From: Methanomethylovorans hollandica DSM 15978
Lineage (GTDB): Archaea > Halobacteriota > Methanosarcinia > Methanosarcinales > Methanosarcinaceae
Length of the DNA stretch: 64,000 bases
Reading direction: 5' to 3'
Assembly (NCBI RefSeq): GCF_000328665.1
Contig: NC_019977.1
Span: forward strand, 186,001 to 250,000
A model generated the notes under the pieces. That model ran no database searches and was not told the origin of the DNA. It worked only from the letters and a program-made list of their open reading frames with translations. The translations under genes and the position numbers were made by a program. Positions 39,234 to 53,322 of the stretch are shown here, piece after piece; the stretch's first letter is position 1, and every line of letters begins with the position of its first letter.

Positions 39234-39761
39234 CTAAAGTTGAGATCGAATCAACATTTGTTTTTTCTTTTCCAGGAGTCCATATACCTGGCCGTGGGTT
39301 GCACCACCTATCAACATCTCGATGGCGGTTCTAATTATTTGATTCTGTTCAGGGGTACCTAAGACACTTACAGTTTTTCCATAAACGGAAATTTTTACGC
39401 CAATCATGCTTTCCATTATCTCTCTAGTCTTTCCGGCCTTTCCTATGATACGACCCTTTAGACGTATCATCTCTTGGGGGGTACCTGCAGAATTTGACAG
39501 ATCTATGGTTTCAAGCATCATCATCTCATCATCCATCAATACCATGGCTTTTTCTGGGTTGAACCCTCTAGCTATGGCTTGGATGACATCCGGTGCTCTC
39601 ATAGATTGAATAGGGTCTTCCCCGGGTATTATCTCCACAGTACCGTTCTCACTATCAATGGCTATAGTAGCTGTTGATAATTGCTCTATGAGGGTTTTGA
39701 CCTCTCCCTTTGGGCCGATTATTGCTCCTATTCTGTCCTGTGGTACTTTAATGTGAGTCAT
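39234..39761 (-). CDS. KH-domain rRNA-processing protein (Dim2/Pno1)
   Basis: IGAIIGPKG, AIARGF and GRIIGKAGKT; downstream of rio1. Confidence 0.93.
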   Translation of the reverse strand: MTHIKVPQDRIGAIIGPKGEVKTLIEQLSTATIAIDSENGTVEIIPGEDPIQSMRAPDVIQAIARGFNPEKAMVLMDDEMMMLETIDLSNSAGTPQEMIRLKGRIIGKAGKTREIMESMIGVKISVYGKTVSVLGTPEQNQIIRTAIEMLIGGATHGQVYGLLEKKKQMLIRSQL

Positions 39762-40557
39762 GGTTATGCTCCTTTTTATCTTTTGTCACGAATGTATAAA
39801 ATTCATTTTCATCGGATTTTATTCCGTATTTTTTAAAATAACGTACAATGTTCTGGATATCCCTGCGCAGGAATTGGTCAGCCTTTGGGTGTTCAGGAGT
39901 TACTGACTGTCCCATGTCTATCAATATCGGCTCCATTTCTTCGGTCTCAATTAGCACGTTATATTCACTCAGGTCTGCGTGTATAAGTTCTGCATCCATA
40001 TAGAGCCTTTTAATATAGTCCCTGAGTATATCATATACTTTTTTGGCAGTTGCCTCTTCCAGTTGCACGTCTTTTAAGAGCGGATATGGTTTTTCGTCCT
40101 TTCCAGCAAATTCCATTACAAGTATATTCCTCTCAGTTAAGACAGGCTTTGGGACCTTTATCCCTACTTCATGTGCTCGTAGTAGATTGCGGTATTCTTT
40201 TTTTGTCCAGGCAAAAACTATCTCTTTTTTTGTATGTCGTATGTCTCTGAAGCGTGGGTCTCCCAGTATATAATCTTCCATTGAGTTGAAAGTACTGGAA
40301 TTGATACGATATATTTTGACTGCAAGGCTATCTTCCCGGCCATCTGCTAGGAATACATTCGCTTCTTTTCCTGTGCTTATAGACCCTCCTAAAGCTTCTA
40401 TTATACCTTTGTTGGAAAGTGTGTATAATGCTTTTAATGTTGCTTCATCAAAAACATTTTCAGTGACTTTTGTCTTTTCGCTATCTTTCTTTTTGATCCT
40501 GCCGCTATCAACTAGCGTGTCCATGGTTTTGATTTGGTCTTCGATAGCTTTTTTCAT
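39748..40557 (-). CDS. rio1: RIO1 serine kinase
   Basis: STGKEANV, IHADLSEYN and IDMGQSV motifs. Confidence 0.95.
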   Translation of the reverse strand: MKKAIEDQIKTMDTLVDSGRIKKKDSEKTKVTENVFDEATLKALYTLSNKGIIEALGGSISTGKEANVFLADGREDSLAVKIYRINSSTFNSMEDYILGDPRFRDIRHTKKEIVFAWTKKEYRNLLRAHEVGIKVPKPVLTERNILVMEFAGKDEKPYPLLKDVQLEEATAKKVYDILRDYIKRLYMDAELIHADLSEYNVLIETEEMEPILIDMGQSVTPEHPKADQFLRRDIQNIVRYFKKYGIKSDENEFYTFVTKDKKEHNHDSH

Positions 40558-40560
40558 ATT

Positions 40561-40881
40561 TTATCGGCTCTTTAAAAATCCTTTGCGTTCAAGCCAGTTA
40601 ACCTGTGGGCGTGTATACTTCCATATGACGTCTGCCTTAGTGTCTTGAAAATCCCAGGGTACAGCTATGACTATATCTCCCTCTCTTATCCATGTTTTTT
40701 TCTTCATCGAACCTGGGATCCTCCCCATTCTTACAACACCGTCCATACACCTAAGTTTCACCCGATTAGCACCAAGCATATTCTCTACTACAGCCAATAC
40801 CTCTCCTTGGTCCTTACGAGGTGTACGCACTCTGGTTGTGCTGCTTTCAGGGTTTTCGAAATCGCTGCTATTAGGTGACAG
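40561..40881 (-). CDS. eif1a: Translation initiation factor aIF-1A
   Basis: [32 protein letters not shown]; start inferred at CTG 40881 (track start is GTG 40830). Confidence 0.95.
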   Translation of the reverse strand: MSPNSSDFENPESSTTRVRTPRKDQGEVLAVVENMLGANRVKLRCMDGVVRMGRIPGSMKKKTWIREGDIVIAVPWDFQDTKADVIWKYTRPQVNWLERKGFLKSR

Positions 40882-41161
40882 TTTGATTCCTCTTTAAGCT
40901 TCTTATTTTATATGTATTATTATGGTTGCATAGAATAAGTGTGTTTGCTATACATTGCGTATTGTTAAAGTTTGTGAACATATGTCGTTAGATTTTGTGC
41001 TGTATTGAAGTACAATTTCTGTGACTAATTTCTACACACTCCTCATTTTATAGGTGTGATATATTTATATATTATCACGTTCTTTAGATACATCCTCGCG
41101 GGGACATAGGCGTTCTCGCGTAATCGGTCCATATTCGCTCATTATTTGCATGATGTGGGTT

Positions 41162-41280
41162 GATAAGAAAGTATATATACGTTGAAGGCGTATAATTACA
41201 ATCTCGAGTATGGTGGTGAATTTCGCCGTAATGTTCGTTTTGTTACCTGCCTTGCGAAATCGGAAGGTATATATAGCAAG
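41162..41280 (+). promoter_or_regulatory. Putative tandem rRNA operon promoters
   Basis: GAAAGTATATATA near 41167 and GGAAGGTATATATAG near 41262. Confidence 0.55.
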
Positions 41281-41522
41281 ACGTGCATTATGGTGATTCC
41301 CGCACAACAACTGTTGTGCGTGACAATCACCGCTTTATCGTAAGTGGAGACAGGAGTTATTTCTTGTCTGACGTTGGATTTGGCAGTTCGATTAATTCTG
41401 GTCGGTAGTGTTTCATTATCGAAAGGAATTAACGAATTTATGCGTGCAAGAAATTCTCAGTGAATTTCCTGAACAATTCCGATATAGACTTCCAAATTTT
41501 GAACCAATGTGTGTGATCAACA

Positions 41523-42997
<1,475 letters not shown>

Positions 42998-43085
42998 AAG
43001 CGACCTGCAAACGCAGGTCAGCACAACCGACCAGAAATCGAAAAACTGCCAAATCCAAAAAAAGGATAAGCTGGTGAAGAGAAAA

Positions 43086-43158
43086 GGGCTTGTAGATCAG
43101 TTGGAAGATCGCTGCCTTTGCAAGGCAGAGGCCCTGGGTTCGAATCCCAGCAAGTCCA
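43086..43158 (+). tRNA. tRNA-Ala(TGC)
   Basis: CTGCC TT TGC AA GGCAG anticodon arm, in the 16S-23S spacer. Confidence 0.97.
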
Positions 43159-43287
43159 TGTTAGTGCACCAAGCGAGTAATGTTGCTTGGGAAGGATGAA
43201 GTGTTCGATACATCGAATCGATCATGATGAGATCATGTACAAGTGTGCATATCAGACGTTTACTGGAATTAGTAAGGTGGACTCTGG

Positions 43288-46200
<2,913 letters not shown>

Positions 46201-46303
46201 GTCTGCCCTGCTAATTCCAGACGATATCTGATATGTGTACTGATAGTACGTGATCTAAATGAAAGGTTTTATATGTAATCTCATCATTTGAACTCCGCTA
46301 GTT

Positions 46304-46375
46304 GCCAAGGTGGCGGAGCGGCTACGCAATCGCCTGCAGAGCGATACCATTCCGGTTCGAATCCGGACCTTGGCT
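46304..46375 (+). tRNA. tRNA-Cys(GCA)
   Basis: GCCAAGG/CCTTGGC acceptor stem, ATCGC CT GCA GA GCGAT, U73 discriminator. Confidence 0.96.
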
Positions 46376-46395
46376 CATTCCCTTCATCAGAGTAA

Positions 46396-46524
46396 GAGTA
46401 TAGCGGCCATAGCGGCAGGGCAACTCCTGTACCCATTCCGAACACAGAAGATAAGCCTGTCCACGTTCCGCACTGTACTTAAGTGCGCGAGCCTTTGGGA
46501 ACTACGGATCGCTGCTATGCTCAC
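46396..46524 (+). rRNA. rrf: 5S rRNA
   Basis: GCGGCCATAGCGG...CCCATTCCGAACACAGAAGATAAGCC; complementary ends. Confidence 0.96.
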
Positions 46525-46706
46525 TCTATGATTTAAACACTATCTCTTCTAATTTCTAAACAAATGCAGTCTAAATTCTACTTCTTTTGATATAGCTATT
46601 AAACTATAATCTAAGCTGTTGTTTTATTTATGCTACAATTATTTGCTGTAGGCAAAAGTTTTATTGGAGGCAACTTACATATATCTTTACTCTTATCTAC
46701 CCCCTC

Positions 46707-48155
46707 ATGACATCCAGATTCGAAATATTACATAAGGATGCTGCAGGGCGTATAGGTAAACTCACTACTGCCCATGGTGTAGTGGAAACTCCTACTGTTA
46801 TGCCTGTTATCAATCCCAATATACAGACCATTAAGCCTTCAGAAATGCGAGATTTCGGGGCTCAAATGCTCATCACTAATTCTTATATCATCTACCGTAA
46901 GGAAGAGTTGCGTGAGAAAGCTCTTAAGGATGGCCTGCATTCCCTGCTGGACTTTGATGGTCCTATTATGACCGATTCGGGCTCCTTCCAATTATCAGTA
47001 TATGGTGAGGTAGAAGTGAGCAACGAGCAAATTGTGGAGTTCCAGCAGAAGATTGGTTCGGATATAGGTGTTCCTCTGGATATTCCCACACCTCCTAATG
47101 TCACAAGAGAGCAAGCAGAATCTGAACTTGAGACTACTATCCAACGGCTCAAAGCAGCGAGAGATCTGGTTAAGGATGGCATGTTACTTGCAGGCCCAGT
47201 TCAAGGTTCAAGTTATCCGGATCTGCGTGAACAATGTGCGAGTACCCTCTCAAAAGTGGGCTTTGATGTATATCCATTTGGGGCGGTCGTACCTCTCATG
47301 GAAACATACCGCTATGCAGATCTGGTCGATGTCATCATTGCTGCCAAAAAAGGATTGGACCCTTCTGCACCGGTCCATCTATTTGGAGCGGGTCATCCAA
47401 TGATGTTTGCTCTTGCAGTATCTCTTGGGTGTGATTTGTTCGATTCTGCAGCTTATGCTCTTTATGCTAAGGATAGGAGATACATCACTACTACAGGTAC
47501 ATATCATGTGGATAAGCTCCAATATCTTCCATGCTCCTGTCCTATATGCGTGTCTCGTACAGCTGAACAACTCAAAAAAGCATCTAATTGTCAGGACCTT
47601 CTAGCCCGGCATAACCTCTATGTAACGTTTGAAGAAATACGTCATATAAAGCAATCTATTAAAGAAGGCAACTTGCTGGAACTTGTTGAACAAAGATGCC
47701 GTGCGCATCCGAGATTGCTTTCAGCCTTGAAGCAGATGTATAGGTATTCTGATTGGCTTGAACAGCACGATCCTGCATCCAAATCCACATTTTTCTACTG
47801 TGGACCTGAGTCCTCTAAGCGTCCTGAAATTCTGAGGTTCTCCCGCAGGTTAGACCGTTTCTCGCTTAAAGGCAAAGCTTTGATCAGAGCTTCACCTACT
47901 CGCATCGACTCTGAATTTGATCATGTGCTCATATTCAGGCCACCATTTGGTGCATTTCCTCAGGAACTCTCTGAGATATATCCATTCAATACAGAATCTG
48001 TTCATAATCCTGATTATGAATCTCTTGAAGAGGCATATATGAATGTCCTCGAGCTTATTGGATTAAATCCTCATGTAGAATTCACATTCATGATCGCAGA
48101 CCGGTTTGAGCATCCTCTTATCGAGAAATTGAAGCATTTAGCAACTATTATTTAA
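46707..48155 (+). CDS. tgtA: Archaeosine tRNA-guanine(15) transglycosylase
   Basis: MTDSGSFQ, HLFGAGHP, DLFDSAAY and CSCPIC motifs. Confidence 0.96.
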   Translation: MTSRFEILHKDAAGRIGKLTTAHGVVETPTVMPVINPNIQTIKPSEMRDFGAQMLITNSYIIYRKEELREKALKDGLHSLLDFDGPIMTDSGSFQLSVYGEVEVSNEQIVEFQQKIGSDIGVPLDIPTPPNVTREQAESELETTIQRLKAARDLVKDGMLLAGPVQGSSYPDLREQCASTLSKVGFDVYPFGAVVPLMETYRYADLVDVIIAAKKGLDPSAPVHLFGAGHPMMFALAVSLGCDLFDSAAYALYAKDRRYITTTGTYHVDKLQYLPCSCPICVSRTAEQLKKASNCQDLLARHNLYVTFEEIRHIKQSIKEGNLLELVEQRCRAHPRLLSALKQMYRYSDWLEQHDPASKSTFFYCGPESSKRPEILRFSRRLDRFSLKGKALIRASPTRIDSEFDHVLIFRPPFGAFPQELSEIYPFNTESVHNPDYESLEEAYMNVLELIGLNPHVEFTFMIADRFEHPLIEKLKHLATII

Positions 48156-48213
48156 TATCATTATTAAAAAAATATAAATAGTTTCGAAAATAGTTCTCAT
48201 TGCGGTGATTTAA

Positions 48214-49161
48214 TTGGTTTCAATCTCAGATTCAAAGACTACTCATCCGTTCATTGAATTGCTAAGACCGGAAATTGCAGATATGGACCTCGCCTTACCA
48301 GCAGCAAGTGCATTGCTGGCTTCTTATCTTGCAACAGGTTCTCTACCCCCTATTTTCTCATTTGTTATTGCAGTAATAGGAGGGTATGCAGCCATTACAA
48401 GCTCATATGTGTATAATGATTGCTGTGATGTAGACATTGATTCTATAAACCTTCCAAATAGGCCTCTTCCATCCAGAGAACTCAGTAAGCAAAAGGCTCT
48501 GAAATACGCTTTATTTCTTGGATTGATAGCATCAGCAGCTGCATTGATCCTCAATCCTGAATCATTTGTTGTGCTTATTGTAGCAGTACTAATCATTAGT
48601 ATATATTCAAGTGTGGCCAAAAGGACCACTTTCTTAAGTTTCATTCCTGTAGGAATTGCTTATGGACTTGTACCCATTGGTGTATGGCTGGCATTTGATC
48701 CAGCAGGGGTACTTAAACAGCCCGACTACGGTGCCATTTTACCTCTTCCTGCCATTTTCCTGGGTCTCATGATGTGTTTCACTGATTGGGGATTTACGCT
48801 ATCTGGTGTGGCAAGGGATGTAGAAGGAGACCGTTCACGTGGTGCACCCACCCTTCCTGTAACATTTGGTGTGCCTGTAACATCCATATTCGTGTTTATC
48901 ATGTGGATCGTAGGGGTTTTTGCTTCCATTGCAATAGGCATCACTGCTCATCTTGGGCCAGTGTTTTTTATTGGTGCTATTCTTGCGGGTTTATGGATGT
49001 TGTCACAGTCTTTTGATTTCATCCAAAATCCAACTCCTCAAAGAGGTGGCCGCCTCTTCCTTCAGGGCTCACGTTACAGGGGCATCATGTTCGGGTCACT
49101 TATAGTTGATGTACTGCTACTGGTATTATCAACCACTTACGCTTCAATATTATGGTGGTAA
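48214..49161 (+). CDS. UbiA-family prenyltransferase (divergent)
   Basis: YNDCCDVDIDSINLPNRPLPS first Asp-rich motif, RDVEGD second motif, several TM helices; GGTGA SD with TTG start. Confidence 0.92.
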   Translation: MVSISDSKTTHPFIELLRPEIADMDLALPAASALLASYLATGSLPPIFSFVIAVIGGYAAITSSYVYNDCCDVDIDSINLPNRPLPSRELSKQKALKYALFLGLIASAAALILNPESFVVLIVAVLIISIYSSVAKRTTFLSFIPVGIAYGLVPIGVWLAFDPAGVLKQPDYGAILPLPAIFLGLMMCFTDWGFTLSGVARDVEGDRSRGAPTLPVTFGVPVTSIFVFIMWIVGVFASIAIGITAHLGPVFFIGAILAGLWMLSQSFDFIQNPTPQRGGRLFLQGSRYRGIMFGSLIVDVLLLVLSTTYASILWW

Positions 49162-49166
49162 TTATT

Positions 49167-50324
49167 ATGGATGCAGATATTATAGTAATTGGTGCCTCTC
49201 CGGCAGGTCTCATGGCTGCTCGTAATGCTGCCTTAAAGGGCACAAATGTTATTCTGATCGACAGGAAAGAGGCAATCGGCAATCCCACTCATCCTGCAAA
49301 CACTTTCTTCAAAGGGATGTTCGACAAGACAGGTGAAACCGTTGACCAGAGCTATGTGATAAAGAATCTCAAAGGTGCACATATAGTGGCTCCTTCAGGT
49401 AGCGAGGTTGTTGTAGAAAGCCCGGCGTATTTCCTGGATCGCAGGAAGTTCGATGAATACTATGCACAGCAGGTGCTCAAAGCAGGTGTTGATATTCGCA
49501 CGGGAACAGAAGCTCTAAATGCCATCCGCAATGAAGGCATATTTTCCCTAAGTACAAATAAAGGAATGCTGAAGTCTAAGATCATCATAGTCTCAGATGG
49601 TATAAATTCCAGAATAGCAGGGCTCTTGGGTATGAAACCCATCAAATATCCTGGGGATATAGCATGGTCTATGGAAGCCGAGATAGAGGCTCCAGGTATT
49701 GGAGAACCTGACATGTTCGAATATTATGTAGGAAACCATGCCCCAGGGTGGAAATCAACATATTCACCTTGTGGCGGTGATCGCGCAACTTTGGGAGTGT
49801 ATGTGCGCAGGCATGGTAAGGATGTCTCATCTTTCTTTGATACGTGGGTGGAGCGTTTCAAGAAAATAAATGGCTTGGAAGAGCTATCCATTACCCATAG
49901 GTCAGTGGGGGGAGATCCTATAGCTGCCATTCCCGGAGATATAGTAGGTGAAGGAGTTATGATCACGGGAGGCTCTGCTGCCCAGTCAGGCATAGGATAT
50001 GGGATGCATGCTGGGCAGATGTGTGGTGATGTGGCAGCAGATGCCATTGCAAAGAATGATGTTTCTGCCAGGTTCCTGTCAGAGTACAGAAAACGCTGGA
50101 ACAAGGAGTACAGAAATGAGTATTATCTGGGTCGTATGGCACTTGAGACTCTGCGCAAGATGACAGACAAAGAAATAGATTCCATGATGCAGGTATTTGA
50201 GGGTGAGGATCTTTCTTTCATTCAAGGTGCCCCCTTAAATAAGGCAATACATGCAGCAATGTTCATGCTCAGGAAAAAGCCATCTTCATTGCTTGCCTAC
50301 AGGGCAGCATTGAGAAGGAAGTGA
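49167..50324 (+). CDS. Geranylgeranyl-reductase-family FAD oxidoreductase (divergent)
   Basis: DIIVIGASPAG dinucleotide fold, LDRRKFD, SDG.NS, FEYYVG.HAPG; the canonical GGR YxWxFP and GDAAG motifs are altered. Confidence 0.88.
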   Translation: MDADIIVIGASPAGLMAARNAALKGTNVILIDRKEAIGNPTHPANTFFKGMFDKTGETVDQSYVIKNLKGAHIVAPSGSEVVVESPAYFLDRRKFDEYYAQQVLKAGVDIRTGTEALNAIRNEGIFSLSTNKGMLKSKIIIVSDGINSRIAGLLGMKPIKYPGDIAWSMEAEIEAPGIGEPDMFEYYVGNHAPGWKSTYSPCGGDRATLGVYVRRHGKDVSSFFDTWVERFKKINGLEELSITHRSVGGDPIAAIPGDIVGEGVMITGGSAAQSGIGYGMHAGQMCGDVAADAIAKNDVSARFLSEYRKRWNKEYRNEYYLGRMALETLRKMTDKEIDSMMQVFEGEDLSFIQGAPLNKAIHAAMFMLRKKPSSLLAYRAALRRK

Positions 50325-51475
50325 ACGTGGTTATGAGTAAGTATTATTTTTACAGGAATCCCCTTTTCAAGGTCTATGCAACGGTCCAGAATGGTCTTGT
50401 TAAGATGGATACAGAAGGCCTAGTATCTCCTTTTTTCAGCCCGATGGTAAAAGGCCTCATGCAGATGTTCGATGGTACGAAACCTTCTTTAGTGGAGGCT
50501 GATAGGCTCATTTATTCCACGTGGATGCCTCCAATACCCAGCAAACCCTTTGATAGGCTGGTATCCAGCCAGATGGGTAACATGAGGGGTAAATATATAC
50601 CAGAGCAATTGACCATTTCCATTACGGAGGATTGTCCCAATAAATGCCTTCACTGTGCATTGCCTGATACAAAGAATCGTGCAAAGCTGGAGCCAAATGT
50701 TGTGAGGTCGATCATCGATCAGGCACAGGAGATAGGTACTACTTTAATTATATTTGACGGAGGAGAACCCTTACTTTATGTGGGTCTGGAAGAGCTGATA
50801 TCTCATGTGGACCAGGAGCGTGCTATTCCCGGTCTGTTCACTTCAGGTGTGGGTTTTACTGCGGAACGTGCACAAAGCCTCAAAGAGGCTGGCCTATACA
50901 CGCTTAGTGTGAGCCTGGACAGTCCACATGAAGAGGGTCATGACCTTATGCGTGGCCGTTCCGGTGTTTTCAGAGATGCCATGTCGGCAATACGCAATGG
51001 AGTAGAGGCTGGCCTGTTTGTGAATATCTATGTGGTCATCTCTCCGAGGAACATACATGAACTGGACGATTTCTATCAATTGGCTCGAGAAGCAGGTGTA
51101 CACGAGATATCCTTCTTTGAGATCGTTCCTACTGGTAGATGGATTGACCATACTGATGAAGTGCTATCTGCTGAAGACCGTAAAAAATTCGATGATTTTG
51201 TATCCTCTGCCTCTATGAGCGATGGTCCTAGGATATTTCCGATTCCTCAAGTAGTAAGGAAAATGGGTTGTTTTGCCGGGCGCAAATGGCTGCATATAAC
51301 CCCTGAAGGGAACATATGGCCCTGTTCCTGTCTGCCTTTAAGCTATGGGAATATACATAATGACAGCCTTAAATCAGTATGGAAAAAGATCACTAAAGAT
51401 CCCTCCTTCACGGGTGGTAAATGCCTGATGCGCAATTCCGAATTCAGACATATCCATCTAGGGCTAAATGACTAA
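50321..51475 (+). CDS. Radical SAM protein with a SPASM/twitch domain
   Basis: CPNKCLHC, GGEPLL, SVSLDS, GCFAG...PCSC. Confidence 0.93.
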   Translation: MNVVMSKYYFYRNPLFKVYATVQNGLVKMDTEGLVSPFFSPMVKGLMQMFDGTKPSLVEADRLIYSTWMPPIPSKPFDRLVSSQMGNMRGKYIPEQLTISITEDCPNKCLHCALPDTKNRAKLEPNVVRSIIDQAQEIGTTLIIFDGGEPLLYVGLEELISHVDQERAIPGLFTSGVGFTAERAQSLKEAGLYTLSVSLDSPHEEGHDLMRGRSGVFRDAMSAIRNGVEAGLFVNIYVVISPRNIHELDDFYQLAREAGVHEISFFEIVPTGRWIDHTDEVLSAEDRKKFDDFVSSASMSDGPRIFPIPQVVRKMGCFAGRKWLHITPEGNIWPCSCLPLSYGNIHNDSLKSVWKKITKDPSFTGGKCLMRNSEFRHIHLGLND

Positions 51476-51492
51476 AAAACAAAATTAAAATT

Positions 51493-51512
51493 TAAGGGTG
51501 AAAACACCCTTA
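51493..51512. terminator. Hairpin between convergent genes
   Basis: TAAGGGTG aaaa CACCCTTA with T-rich runs on both strands. Confidence 0.65.
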
Positions 51513-51520
51513 TTAGTTTT

Positions 51521-52378
51521 TTATAACAGTCCAGATCTCTGAAGTGCCATGAGATTTTCTGTGGTGAGCTTTTCTCCAGCCTTGAACTTATCAAAGATAT
51601 CTTCGGCATCTTTGCGCATGTCGGCCTTGGATATTTCTCTCCTGCCATCAGTTTCTCCCTTCTTGAGTTTGCGGACCTCTTTATCAATATCCCTTATCTC
51701 TTTCTGGGCAGCGATGAACTTCTTGTGCTTCTCATCTGCGCTTTCCTGGTATTTTACAAATTCCTTGTGAGCACCATCGGATTCTGCACGTATTTTGTCA
51801 GCTTCCTTAAAGGTGGCTATCATAAGGTCATGGTATTCTTGAGCCTTTTGTGCATACTCAGAAAGTAATGTATGCTCTTTTGAAGCCTCATCCCTTATAT
51901 CCTGCGCCTTTGTGAGCAGTTCCTTTAGTTCCTGGTTGCCTTCAAGCTGCTGCTTTTTTGCATTGTATATCTTTCGCAGCTCTGTGATCTTGTTTACCAG
52001 TTCTCTTTCTTTGCTTGTGCTCAGAACCTCTGTCTGCTGGGCAAATTCCAAACGATCGATGTCTTTACGTATGTCTTTGATGGAGGGGCCTGCAAGGTTA
52101 TTATCTCCGCGTATGGTGTCTATCTGAGCATAGATCTCGTTGGCCCTATTGTTGATCTCATCTCTAAGGTCCTTGTGCTCTTTAACCATCACATTGTTTT
52201 CATCACGAAGGTTCTTGTAGTTCTGGGCCTCGTTAATAAGATCCTTTGTCTTCTTGTTGAGCTCATTGCGCTTTGCGGCAAGCTTACTCGCCTCTGCATT
52301 GAGTTCGTTGCGCTGTGTCTTGTATTCCTCAGACAGTCTTTTCAGTTCTGTCTTCTTCTCGTTCAGTTCTTTCAACAT
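51521..52378 (-). CDS. Archaeal long coiled-coil protein (COG1340-like)
   Basis: Heptad-rich; LEFAQQTEVLS...ERELV; C-terminal FKAGEKLTTENL. Confidence 0.85.
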   Translation of the reverse strand: MLKELNEKKTELKRLSEEYKTQRNELNAEASKLAAKRNELNKKTKDLINEAQNYKNLRDENNVMVKEHKDLRDEINNRANEIYAQIDTIRGDNNLAGPSIKDIRKDIDRLEFAQQTEVLSTSKERELVNKITELRKIYNAKKQQLEGNQELKELLTKAQDIRDEASKEHTLLSEYAQKAQEYHDLMIATFKEADKIRAESDGAHKEFVKYQESADEKHKKFIAAQKEIRDIDKEVRKLKKGETDGRREISKADMRKDAEDIFDKFKAGEKLTTENLMALQRSGLL

Positions 52379-52418
52379 TTCTTGTTAATCCTCCCTCTCC
52401 GGCATTGAAGCCGGCATT

Positions 52419-53129
52419 TCATGCATTTCTAATGCACGATACACACCGCTGATCCAGATCGAATGATTCGATAACTGGAATCACAGCTTTGAGGTTCTTC
52501 TCTATTATCACAACATGTGCATGTTGTCGTAATACGGGCTTAGAATTGAATGCTATAGCATATCTTGCTCTTTTGAAGATACCTATATCATTTGCTCCGT
52601 CACCTACAACTACGCAATCTTCAGGTGCGATCCCGTGCTGAGCTGCAATTTCTTCAAGCACCAGTTCCTTTGAGTTCTGTGCAGTAAGTGATCCTTTCAC
52701 TTCTCCGGTAAAGATACCATCTTTAATAATTAGTTCGTTGGATACTACATGGTCTATCCCAAGCAGTTCCCCCACTCTTTCCGAAGCTAGTGTGAATCCG
52801 CCAGATATCATCGCAGTACTATATCCAATGGATTTCACAAAACTGATCAGTTCTTTAGCGCCAGGCATCAGAGGCATCTTCTCCAGAGCTGTTCTCGCTT
52901 CTCCTAAGCTTAATCCTTTTAGAAGTCTTACTCTTTCGGTAAGTGCCTGAGAGAAATCTAGCTCCCCTTTCATTGCCCTTTCAGTAATTGCTGATACCTC
53001 TTGGCCAACTCCCGCCACTTTAGCAAGCTCATCGATAGTTTCAGCATCTATCAACGTACTGTCCATATCAAAAACTATCAGTTTCTTACTACTATTACTT
53101 TTCTCAGAAAGATCACTTATATAACTCAC
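52419..53129 (-). CDS. serB: Phosphoserine phosphatase
   Basis: FDMDSTL, ITERAM.GELDF, SGGF and GDGAND motifs. Confidence 0.95.
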   Translation of the reverse strand: MSYISDLSEKSNSSKKLIVFDMDSTLIDAETIDELAKVAGVGQEVSAITERAMKGELDFSQALTERVRLLKGLSLGEARTALEKMPLMPGAKELISFVKSIGYSTAMISGGFTLASERVGELLGIDHVVSNELIIKDGIFTGEVKGSLTAQNSKELVLEEIAAQHGIAPEDCVVVGDGANDIGIFKRARYAIAFNSKPVLRQHAHVVIIEKNLKAVIPVIESFDLDQRCVSCIRNA

Positions 53130-53322
53130 TTGATCGACCTAGGATTTAAGATTGTAAATGGGCTTATGGAACGGGTTGTTGTGAAATAAGTGACATTGCT
53201 TTTAACCTTTTCGGATAGATTTCTGTAAGCTGCGGTAAACTCCTAATCTCCCTTCTTAAAGGCATTTTGCTTTCCAAAAGTAATATATGCTACACAGCAC
53301 TATTGCTGTACTGTGATTTTAC

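Noticed and set aside
50321..51475. Radical SAM gene as an archaeosine-pathway enzyme because of neighbouring tgtA
   Set aside because: Its SPASM/twitch architecture and coupling to the UbiA and GGR-like genes do not fit RaSEA as I recall it; not fully excluded
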